In this document: in pieces, positions 56,097 to 64,000 of the stretch
Numbering within the stretch: the first letter of the stretch is position 1
Layout of the letters: each line of letters opens with the position of its first letter
Assembly (NCBI GenBank): GCA_018712555.1
Contig: DVGT01000062.1
Location: 20,763 to 84,762 of the forward strand
Direction: 5' to 3'
DNA from: Candidatus Faecimorpha stercoravium
GTDB lineage: Bacteria; Bacillota; Clostridia; Lachnospirales; Bianqueaceae
DNA length: 64,000 nucleotides
Position numbers and translations under genes: made by a program
The notes under the pieces: model-generated
What the model saw: only the letters and a program-made list of their open reading frames with translations
The model's database searches: none
What the model was told of the DNA's origin: nothing

Positions 56097-57254
56097 CTAC
56101 AATGCTTCCCCAAACTCCTGCCTGATTCCCGTTTCCAGAGCAAACACATCTTCCAGCGTATAGTCCTCGGCGTCAAAGCCATGCCGTTCCGCCCATTCCA
56201 TTCCCTGTTCGATCCATTGATAGATAGTCGTAAATCCGATACGATCCGCCAGAAAGGCGGCTACAGCACACTCATTGGCCGCGTTCAGGGCCGCCGGGAA
56301 CAGTCCTCCCCGCACCATGGCCTCTCTCGCCAAGCGCAGAGATACAAACACCTCTTCGTCCGGCTTTTCAAAGGAAAGCATGCCGATCTGGGCCAGATCC
56401 AGGGGTTCTACTATCCTCTTTCCCCGCTTCGGATAGGCCAGAGCGACCTCAATCGGCAGCCGCATATCCGCTACCGCCAACTGGGCCAAGACGGAGCCAT
56501 CCACCAGTTCTACCATAGAATGTATGATGCTCTGCGGATGCACCAATACGTCAATTTGCTCCGGCGGACAATGAAAGAGCCACCTGGCCTCGATCATCTC
56601 CAGTCCCTTATTGACCATGGAGGCGGAATCGATGGTGATCTTCGCGCCCATGCTCCAGTTCGGATGCCGCAAAGCCTGTTCCTTGCGCACACCGGCAAGC
56701 TCAGAAGCGCGCATCCCCCGGAAGGGCCCTCCGGAAGCCGTCAGTATGATTTTATGCAGGCTCCCTGGATCTATACCCGCGAGACATTGAAAGATCGCGC
56801 CATGCTCGCTGTCCACCGGCAGAATCCGAACGTCCTTCTTCTCTGCCAGACCCATGATCAGCTTTCCGGCGCATACCAGCGTCTCCTTATTGGCCAGTGC
56901 GATATCTTTGCCCGCCTGAATGGCCTGTACCGTAGGCCGCAGTCCAATCATTCCGACCATGGCCGTCACCACCATATCCGCTTCCGGCATGGATACGATC
57001 TCTAAAAGCCCCTCCATACCGCATAGCAATTGGGTATCCGGCTCATGCCAATCGGCCGCCAGCCTGGCGTACGCCGCCTCATCATAGACCACCGCCGCTT
57101 TGGGATGAAACTGGCGCACCTGTTCCACGAGTTTTTGCACAGAGGTCCGCACCGCCAACCCCACCACGCGAAACTCCTCCGGCGCACGTGCCGCCACATC
57201 CAGCGTCTGTGTCCCAATGGATCCCGTGGAACCCAGTACCACAATGTTCTTCAT
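56097..57254 (-). CDS. dxr: 1-deoxy-D-xylulose 5-phosphate reductoisomerase
   Basis: GSTGSIGTQTLDV NADPH motif, 385 aa. Confidence 0.95.
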   Translation of the reverse strand: MKNIVVLGSTGSIGTQTLDVAARAPEEFRVVGLAVRTSVQKLVEQVRQFHPKAAVVYDEAAYARLAADWHEPDTQLLCGMEGLLEIVSMPEADMVVTAMVGMIGLRPTVQAIQAGKDIALANKETLVCAGKLIMGLAEKKDVRILPVDSEHGAIFQCLAGIDPGSLHKIILTASGGPFRGMRASELAGVRKEQALRHPNWSMGAKITIDSASMVNKGLEMIEARWLFHCPPEQIDVLVHPQSIIHSMVELVDGSVLAQLAVADMRLPIEVALAYPKRGKRIVEPLDLAQIGMLSFEKPDEEVFVSLRLAREAMVRGGLFPAALNAANECAVAAFLADRIGFTTIYQWIEQGMEWAERHGFDAEDYTLEDVFALETGIRQEFGEAL

Positions 57255-57266
57255 ATCATTACTCCT

Positions 57267-58094
57267 TTACGACAAGTATGTCATCACAAAGATCACGATC
57301 ATAATGGCTGGCCCTACCAACAGGGTAGAATCAAACCGGTCCAGAATGCCTCCATGCCCCGGTATCAGATGCCCAAAATCCTTGATACCCATGACCCGCT
57401 TGATGGAGGAGGCAAACAGATCTCCCAGCTGTCCCAGGAGCGCACCGAATAGGCCGATAAAGAAGCTCAGAATATAGAGATCCGCACTGTCCACATGCAC
57501 AAACGAATGGATGCAGAATGCGTAAATCATGGAAAGCAGAATGGCTCCCAATGTACCGCCTATCGCTCCCTCCACTGTCTTCTTCGGACTCAGATGAGGA
57601 GACATCTTATGCTTGCCAAAGAATCGGCCGGCCAAGTACGCGCAGGTATCGCAGCCCCATGAGGCCATGAACACATACCAGACATAGAAAATGCCATCCT
57701 CCTGCTCCCGCAGAAAGTATAGAAACGAAAAGAGCACAGGAACATACAGGAATCCCATCAGGGTCAATGCTCCATCCTCCACCCGTCTTTTCGGATAGGC
57801 TGTGACGCTCCGGATCATCAGTGCCATCAGGAAAACGACGATATACAGCAGAAAAATGGCCGAACTCCACACATTTTCGATAGCACTCCATATCAAACCA
57901 TAATAAAACAGAGTGCCTGCCATTCCCAAGTACAGGTAGGGCTTATGCCCGCCGGCACTCACGGCATGGAAGAATTCCCAAAGACCGATCAGACTCATGG
58001 CAAGAAGACCGACGAGAAGGAGAATTCCGCCCACATACATCAATCCGATCATGATGAGAACCAGAATCACACCGCTGATCGTTCTCTTAAGCAT
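57267..58094 (-). CDS. cdsA: Phosphatidate cytidylyltransferase
   Basis: Signature SSIKRVMGIKDFGHLIPGHGGILDRFDS. ATG at 58094 is preceded by GGGAGGG. Confidence 0.88.
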   Translation of the reverse strand: MLKRTISGVILVLIMIGLMYVGGILLLVGLLAMSLIGLWEFFHAVSAGGHKPYLYLGMAGTLFYYGLIWSAIENVWSSAIFLLYIVVFLMALMIRSVTAYPKRRVEDGALTLMGFLYVPVLFSFLYFLREQEDGIFYVWYVFMASWGCDTCAYLAGRFFGKHKMSPHLSPKKTVEGAIGGTLGAILLSMIYAFCIHSFVHVDSADLYILSFFIGLFGALLGQLGDLFASSIKRVMGIKDFGHLIPGHGGILDRFDSTLLVGPAIMIVIFVMTYLS

Positions 58095-58107
58095 CCCTAT
58101 CCCTCCC

Positions 58108-58833
58108 TTATTTTCTGCCGCCGAATCGGCGCTGCCGTCCGGCATAGCTGAGTATGGCCTCCTCTAAATCCTGCGGCGTAAAATCCGGCCAGTACTTCGA
58201 GGAAAAATAAAATTCGCTATATGCCAACTGCCATAGAAGGAAATTGCTGATTCTCTCTTCTCCACTGGTCCGGATCAAAAGATCCGGATCCGGAATTCCA
58301 GCCGTATCCAGATGATCGCTGATCACGTTCTCCGTAATGAGATTCGGGGATATTTTCTCTTCCGCGATTCTCTGTACGGCCCGCCGAATCTCGTCTCGTC
58401 CGCCGTAGTTGATCGCAAACTGCAAATAAAAGGAATTGAGATGGGCCGTCGACTGTTCCACATCGGCAATCAATGCCTGAAGATCCGGTGCCAGCCCCGA
58501 TTTATCCCCTAATACCCGAATCCGGATATTTCTGCGAATCGCGTCTTTCTTGTTCTTAATCAGGTATCGCTTCAAAAGCATCATCAGATAAGAAACTTCC
58601 TCCTGACTGCGTTTCCAGTTTTCCGTGGAAAACGCATAGACGGTCAGATAGGAAATCCCCATATCAATCAGAGCGTCCGATATGGTCTCCACATTCTCTG
58701 CCCCTGTCAGGTGTCCCTTCGATCTGGATACCCCGTGTTCCTCAGCCCATCGACCGTTACCGTCCAAAATAATCGCCACATGCCGGGGAAGTCTCTCTTT
58801 CGGAAGCTTCTCCACTCGTTCATATTGTCCCAT
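58108..58833 (-). CDS. uppS: Isoprenyl transferase (undecaprenyl diphosphate synthase)
   Basis: HVAIILDGNGRWA motif, 241 aa. Confidence 0.93.
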   Translation of the reverse strand: MGQYERVEKLPKERLPRHVAIILDGNGRWAEEHGVSRSKGHLTGAENVETISDALIDMGISYLTVYAFSTENWKRSQEEVSYLMMLLKRYLIKNKKDAIRRNIRIRVLGDKSGLAPDLQALIADVEQSTAHLNSFYLQFAINYGGRDEIRRAVQRIAEEKISPNLITENVISDHLDTAGIPDPDLLIRTSGEERISNFLLWQLAYSEFYFSSKYWPDFTPQDLEEAILSYAGRQRRFGGRK

Positions 58834-58893
58834 ATGATCCTCTTCTCCTGCCCCATGAAGGAAAGAGGCCGATTCGCATCAGCCTCCTGCTTC

Positions 58894-59451
58894 TTATACG
58901 GACATAACTTCTTTTGTCTTCTTCTCGATTCTGCTGTCGATCTCTTTGATAAAACGATCCGTCAAATCCTGCATTTCCTTTTCCAAGCCCTTCAGGTCGT
59001 CCTCTGTCATATCGCTGTCCTTCTTCTGCTTCTTGAAGGCATCCATACCGTCTCTGCGGATATTGCGCACCGCCACTTTAGCTGCCTCGCCCCGCTTCTT
59101 CACTTCCTTGCTCTGCTCCTTACGCTTCTCTTCCGTGAGTTCCGGGAATACCAGGCGGATGGCCTTACCGTCATTCGTCGGATTGATTCCGATATCGGAC
59201 ATCAAAATGGCCTTCTCGATCTTCTTGATCATGGAGGCATCCCAGGGCTGAATGACCAGAAGTCGTGCCTCAGGCACTGTAATATTGCCCACTTGCTGCA
59301 ATGGGGTCGGAGAACCGTAATAATCCACCACGATCTTATCCAGTACATGGGGATTTGCACGACCTACCCGAATGGTATTGAACTCCTCCTCCAACGCCAG
59401 GATGGCTTTCTCCATCCGCTCCTCATACGGCTTCATATCTGACTTTGCCAT
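58894..59451 (-). CDS. frr: Ribosome recycling factor
   Basis: 185 aa, typical RRF sequence. pyrH-frr synteny. Confidence 0.95.
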   Translation of the reverse strand: MAKSDMKPYEERMEKAILALEEEFNTIRVGRANPHVLDKIVVDYYGSPTPLQQVGNITVPEARLLVIQPWDASMIKKIEKAILMSDIGINPTNDGKAIRLVFPELTEEKRKEQSKEVKKRGEAAKVAVRNIRRDGMDAFKKQKKDSDMTEDDLKGLEKEMQDLTDRFIKEIDSRIEKKTKEVMSV

Positions 59452-59475
59452 TGTGCTCTCTCCTTTGCCTTTATT

Positions 59476-60177
59476 TTATCCTACAATGGTGGTACCGATC
59501 TTCTCGCCATTCACCACGCGAATAATGCTCCGTTCTTCCTTCAGGGCGAACAACACCGCCGGCATGTGATTTTCCATGCAGAGGGCTGCCGCGGGCAGAT
59601 CCATCACCATCAGGTTCTTCTCCAGGATCTCCTGATAGGTGAGCTCGTCATACCGCTTCGCCTGCGGGTTCTTACGAGGATCATCATCATACACGCCATC
59701 CACACTCTTTGCCATGAGCATGACATCGCAATCCGTCTCCACGGCACGCAGCGCGATCGCCATATCAGTCGAGAAATACGGATGTCCTGTACCGCCTGCA
59801 TAGAAGACCACCTTGCCTTCCGCCAGATCCCGGTTCACCTTGTCCTTATTGAAATTCTCCGTATAGAGTCCGACAGGATAGGGCGCATAAATGGAGGTAT
59901 CCATACCCTCTCCCCGAAAGATCTCAGAAGCGTACAGACAATTCATCACCGTAGCCAACATACCAATCTGATCCGCCTTCACCCGGTCCATCTCCTGGGA
60001 GCTTCTGCCGCGCCAGAAATTGCCCGCGCCGATGACGATTCCAATCTGTGTGCCCTGTGCATGGGCCTCTTTCACCTGCCCGGCAACCTGCCGCACCGTC
60101 GCCTCGTCAAATCCGAATCCCTTGTCCCCGGACAATGCCTCGCCGCTCAGCTTCAGTAAAATACGATGATATTTCAT
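59476..60177 (-). CDS. pyrH: UMP kinase
   Basis: ILLKLSGEAL N-terminus, 233 aa. Confidence 0.95.
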   Translation of the reverse strand: MKYHRILLKLSGEALSGDKGFGFDEATVRQVAGQVKEAHAQGTQIGIVIGAGNFWRGRSSQEMDRVKADQIGMLATVMNCLYASEIFRGEGMDTSIYAPYPVGLYTENFNKDKVNRDLAEGKVVFYAGGTGHPYFSTDMAIALRAVETDCDVMLMAKSVDGVYDDDPRKNPQAKRYDELTYQEILEKNLMVMDLPAAALCMENHMPAVLFALKEERSIIRVVNGEKIGTTIVG

Positions 60178-60237
60178 TCCAATGTACCTCCTGAAACGCC
60201 CCGTCTACACAGAGCTTCCTTTGTCTTCTCGCCTAAT

Positions 60238-60266
60238 ATCATATCAGCAAAAGCACCGCCTGTCAA
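60238..60266 (-). promoter_or_regulatory. Sigma-A type promoter upstream of pyrH
   Basis: Minus strand TTGACA (60266-60261), 17-nt spacer, TATGAT (60243-60238). Confidence 0.55.
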
Positions 60267-60269
60267 GTA

Positions 60270-62840
60270 TTATTCCACGGTCATATAGGTTCCCAGTCCG
60301 CTGAACTGACGAGAATAACTCACCGCTTCCTCGTATCGTCCCGACTGCAGAATGATGCGAATGGTATTCCAGATGCATCGCTTCAGATCCATGATATCCA
60401 GCGTCCCATCAGCGAGCGCTGTCCGTATGCTCTCAAAGTCCATCTCCATACCAGGCATGACCATGTCGTTCCCCGCTCTCATGCACCCTGCGGCCGTACA
60501 CTCACCCCGCGGAGTCGCATTGGTCGTGGTCCAGTCCGTCATGATCGCACCCGCAAATCCCCATTCATCTCGCGCCGCCTTCGTACAGAGATCATAATGG
60601 TTTGCCGCATGGATCCCATTGATCATGTTATAGGACGTCATGATCGCCATCGGCTGTGCATCCCGCACGGCGATCTCGAAGCCCTTGAGATAGATCTCCC
60701 GCAAGGCACGCTCCGACAGGATCGAATCGGATCCCATTCGGTAATCTTCCTGGTTATTGCAGGCAAAATGCTTAATCGTAGCTCCTCGCCCCGCTATGCT
60801 CTGCACGCCACGCACAATCGCGCTGGCCGTCATACCGGATACCAGCGGATCCTCCGAATAATACTCGAAATTCCGGCCGCACAACGGGTTTCGGTGAATG
60901 TTCATACCGGGCGCCAGCCACAGATCCACCTGAAACAGCTCCATTTCACGCCCGATCATCTCTCCTATTTCATGCAGTAAATCCTGATTCCATGTCTGTG
61001 CCAGGAGGGTACCCACAGGGATGGCCGTACAATACTGGTAATACGTCGTTCCTTTCTTTTCTTTTTTCTGTGAGAAAAATCCTCGCTCAAAAGACGCCAG
61101 GAAGTCTCTGCCCATGACTTGCCCATTCTCGACCTGATACGTCTGATGAAGCCGTATGCCTGCCGGTCCATCCGCTAAGACAATACTGGCCACATTCCAT
61201 GGGTCCTCTGCCGCGACCGACGATGTCTCCGCCGCGGATCCCGGAATCGATACACCGGCAGACCCTAATGCACTGCTTTCCTGTCCCCGACTGGGTTCGC
61301 CGCAGGCCAGATGTATGAGCTGTTCTGTGGAGAGCTGCTCCACAATCTCACCCGCTTGTCCTGACAACGGTTTCTGCGCTGTCGTATAGGCTGCGGTCTG
61401 ACTGGGCAGATCCTGCGCTGCGATTTCTACGCTGCACAGGCCCTCCGCTTCCTTATGCCAGGCGACCTCCCGTTCCCGGGTACGTCTCGGATCCGGAGAA
61501 AATTCCTCGATATTTTCCTGCGGCACGCAAATCGGCGCGCATTGCAGCAGGACATGCTCCTGATCCAGGTGCAGTGAGCCCGAAAGCCGTGCACTCTCCA
61601 GGGAATCTCCCACCCATACACCATATAAGCCGGCTTCCAGCACCCAGGCCGACTGCTTCTCATCGTACGATGCCAATTGCTCGATAGAAAACGAAACCGT
61701 AAGGTCACAGGACGCACCGGGCTGCAAGACTTTTGTCTTTCCAAAGCCCGCCAGCCTTCGAAACTCTTTCACGAGACGGCCCTGGGGACAGGATACATAG
61801 ACCTGCAGCACCTCCTTGCCGCTATACTGGTCTCCCGTATTCGTAACCCGTGTCTGAACCCGAATCTGCTTTGCCGAAACATCCCAGACGATATGCGGTA
61901 CCTCCCATGAGAATGAGGTATAGGAGAGCCCATGGCCAAATCCAAACCGTACGGGTACCTCGAACGTGTCAAAATAACGATACCCTACATAGATGCCTTC
62001 CCGATACACTTCTCGCTCCATATGACCGCTATGATAGCTATACGTGTCCGCACTGGGATAATCCGCATAGCTCCTGGCCCAGGTGTCTACCAACTTACCT
62101 GATGGCGTAACATCTCCCGCAAATACATCAGCCAACGCGTTTCCGCCTTCCTGTCCCGCCTGAACGTAGTACAAAGCAGCCTCTATCTTGGGATACTTCT
62201 CCAAAAAGCCCAGATCCACCGGTCCTCCGGCATTGATCACAAGGACGATATGGTCGTAACAACGGCTTAGCTGCGCCAGTAATCCCTCTTCCTCATCCGA
62301 TAGGAAATAGTCTCCCTTCTCATCCCGTCGATCCGCATTCTCGCCTGCAACCCGCGCCAGCACAAACACTGCCGTATCGGCACCATCTTCTTTGGCCATC
62401 TCTTCATCAATCTGGGGACCTGCCAACATATGGTACGGCGTAGTCGAATACGCATTAAAAAAGTTGCCATTCATCTGCTCCATCTTGCGCAGAATCGTAT
62501 CTCTCCATTCTTCTCTGGACGAATGATACAGCTGCTCATACGCCGTGAGCCAGAACTCACTCGTGATCTCATATCCAGCATTCCGCAGCCCCTGGGCAAT
62601 GGTCACAGACGCGCGTTCATTCACATCTCCCGATCCTGTACCGCCTTTCACCGTACAAACGGCTCCGCCGCCATACAGACCAATCCGTGTGCCCTTGGCT
62701 ATCGGAAGAAGCTGCCCCTCATTCTTCAGAAGTACAAATCCCTCCTCTGCCGCTTTCCTGGCCAAGCGGCCATGTTCCACTTCTCTCTGCGTTTTTTCCG
62801 GCGAAATGGTGCCGTTCCATGTTCTTTCTCGTACTTTCAT
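60270..62840 (-). CDS. Glycoside hydrolase family 3 (beta-glucosidase-like)
   Basis: 856 aa. KHFACNNQE and nucleophile region GFAGAIMTDW. C-terminal GH3 and fibronectin-like regions. Confidence 0.88.
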   Translation of the reverse strand: MKVRERTWNGTISPEKTQREVEHGRLARKAAEEGFVLLKNEGQLLPIAKGTRIGLYGGGAVCTVKGGTGSGDVNERASVTIAQGLRNAGYEITSEFWLTAYEQLYHSSREEWRDTILRKMEQMNGNFFNAYSTTPYHMLAGPQIDEEMAKEDGADTAVFVLARVAGENADRRDEKGDYFLSDEEEGLLAQLSRCYDHIVLVINAGGPVDLGFLEKYPKIEAALYYVQAGQEGGNALADVFAGDVTPSGKLVDTWARSYADYPSADTYSYHSGHMEREVYREGIYVGYRYFDTFEVPVRFGFGHGLSYTSFSWEVPHIVWDVSAKQIRVQTRVTNTGDQYSGKEVLQVYVSCPQGRLVKEFRRLAGFGKTKVLQPGASCDLTVSFSIEQLASYDEKQSAWVLEAGLYGVWVGDSLESARLSGSLHLDQEHVLLQCAPICVPQENIEEFSPDPRRTREREVAWHKEAEGLCSVEIAAQDLPSQTAAYTTAQKPLSGQAGEIVEQLSTEQLIHLACGEPSRGQESSALGSAGVSIPGSAAETSSVAAEDPWNVASIVLADGPAGIRLHQTYQVENGQVMGRDFLASFERGFFSQKKEKKGTTYYQYCTAIPVGTLLAQTWNQDLLHEIGEMIGREMELFQVDLWLAPGMNIHRNPLCGRNFEYYSEDPLVSGMTASAIVRGVQSIAGRGATIKHFACNNQEDYRMGSDSILSERALREIYLKGFEIAVRDAQPMAIMTSYNMINGIHAANHYDLCTKAARDEWGFAGAIMTDWTTTNATPRGECTAAGCMRAGNDMVMPGMEMDFESIRTALADGTLDIMDLKRCIWNTIRIILQSGRYEEAVSYSRQFSGLGTYMTVE

Positions 62841-62909
62841 GTGTATTTTACCTCCTGTTTGTCTCTATTGTCTCACAAAAATACGATTTTGAACAGCCCC
62901 TTTTTGATT

Positions 62910-64000
62910 TTAGTGAATCGGGAGTCCGCAGGAGTGACTTGGTACAGTGTCCAGTTCCTTCTCAGATTGCTGCAGGGCATAATAGCGATATCCGCCGATC
63001 AGGTTATAGCACTGAAAACCGTGCTGCATCAGAATCCGGCAGGCCAGATAGCTCCGCAGACCGCTCTGACAGTTTACATAGATCGGCTTCTGTGGATCCA
63101 GTTCACCCATGCGCTCGCGCAGGCTGTCCAGCGGAATGTGCAGGGTATGGGGGATGTGCCCAGCCGCATACTCCCTGTCCGTTCGCACATCCAGCATGAT
63201 GATGCTCCCGTCCTGCGGCAGCCCTTCGATATCCTGATAACGATACTGTTTTACCAGGCCCTGCCGCACATTTTCGATGACAAAACCGGCCATATTCACA
63301 GGATCCTTCGCCGAGGAAAACGGAGGTGCATAGGCCAATTCCAACTCCGCCAGATCCTGTCCCGTCATATGCGCGCGAATGGACACGGCCAGCACGTCGA
63401 TGCGTTTATCCACGCCCGCAAATCCCACGATCTGCGCGCCCAGGATGCATCCTGTCTCTTTGTGGAATAAAACCTTCACCGTCATATTGGAGGCCCCCGG
63501 ATAGTAGCTCGCATGAGACGGTGAAAATGTGACCACATAGTCATACGGAATGCCCGCCGCCTCTGCGCTCCGTTCATTCAAACCCGTGGACGCAATGCTC
63601 ATATCAAAGAGCTTCAGGACAGAGGAGCCCTGGCTTCCCGCATAGCTCGTTTCGATGCCGCACATATGATCTGCCGCGATGCGCCCCTCCTTATTGGCGG
63701 GACCCGCCAGGGCAATCCAGGCCGGTTCCCGGGTCACATAATGCGGTACAGTAACACCGTCGCCTACTGCATAAATATCCGGATCCGACGTCTGCATATG
63801 CGGATTCACCACAATAGCGCCCCGCATTCCCAGTGTAAGACCCGCATCCTTGGCAAGCCAGGTCTCCGGACTCACACCGATAGCCAGGATCACCAGATCA
63901 GTCTCGATGGCCTCCTGCCCCTCTACCTGTACGGTAATCCCTGTTTCTGTCCTCTCGATCCCTGTCACATTCTGCCGCAGACGAAGATCTACTCCCATCT
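62910..64000 (-). CDS. CoA-disulfide reductase/NADH oxidase-type flavoprotein with C-terminal rhodanese domain (5' part off-window)
   Basis: YAVGDGV FAD motif and dimerisation region, then a rhodanese active-site loop VNCQSGLRS. The frame is open to the window end. Confidence 0.8.
   Translation of the reverse strand, partial: MGVDLRLRQNVTGIERTETGITVQVEGQEAIETDLVILAIGVSPETWLAKDAGLTLGMRGAIVVNPHMQTSDPDIYAVGDGVTVPHYVTREPAWIALAGPANKEGRIAADHMCGIETSYAGSQGSSVLKLFDMSIASTGLNERSAEAAGIPYDYVVTFSPSHASYYPGASNMTVKVLFHKETGCILGAQIVGFAGVDKRIDVLAVSIRAHMTGQDLAELELAYAPPFSSAKDPVNMAGFVIENVRQGLVKQYRYQDIEGLPQDGSIIMLDVRTDREYAAGHIPHTLHIPLDSLRERMGELDPQKPIYVNCQSGLRSYLACRILMQHGFQCYNLIGGYRYYALQQSEKELDTVPSHSCGLPIH

Overview
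The window is a chromosomal segment from a spore-forming Firmicute (Clostridia-type gene order, roughly 50-55% GC by eye). Almost all of it is tightly packed housekeeping and sugar-catabolism genes.

**Plus-strand blocks**
- lon (5' partial)-engB, hisS-aspS, and mtaB-ireB-ruvX-DUF1292-rnj-mltG-O-methyltransferase-U32 peptidase-sigK.
- An LplABC-type sugar ABC transporter, a 1044-aa putative glycoside hydrolase, a methyltransferase and a MATE pump.
- pta-ackA, a TrmH-family methyltransferase and an HD hydrolase.
- A GntR-controlled sugar-acid cluster: amidohydrolase, two enolase-superfamily genes, an SDR and uxaC.

**Minus-strand blocks**
- pyrH-frr-uppS-cdsA-dxr-rseP-ispG-polC and rimP-nusA-ylxR-ylxQ-infB-rbfA-nrnA-truB-ribF-alaS.
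- A GH3 beta-glucosidase and a partial CoA-disulfide-reductase/rhodanese gene at the right edge.

I found no rRNA, tRNA, CRISPR array, IS element or prophage genes.

**Main finding:** the only large non-coding gap (36.49-37.32 kb) holds an AT-rich leader followed by about 10.5 tandem copies of a 53-74 bp dyad-rich repeat.
- The repeat shows compensatory stem changes.
- It lies directly downstream of a GC3-rich orphan gene with a PD-(D/E)XK-like motif set.
- I do not recognise this cassette as any named element.

**Secondary observations**
- uxaC is frameshifted.
- One enolase paralog is N-terminally truncated and collides with the GntR gene.
- A 108-aa orphan resembles the NAD-binding lobe of Tpt1/KptA.
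- An HPr-fold protein lacks His15.
- alaS is fused to the ribF operon with no T-box leader.
- The rimP-nusA leader carries a terminator-like hairpin.

**Limits:** all functional calls rest on motif and family recognition by eye. No database search, fold prediction or statistics could be run.
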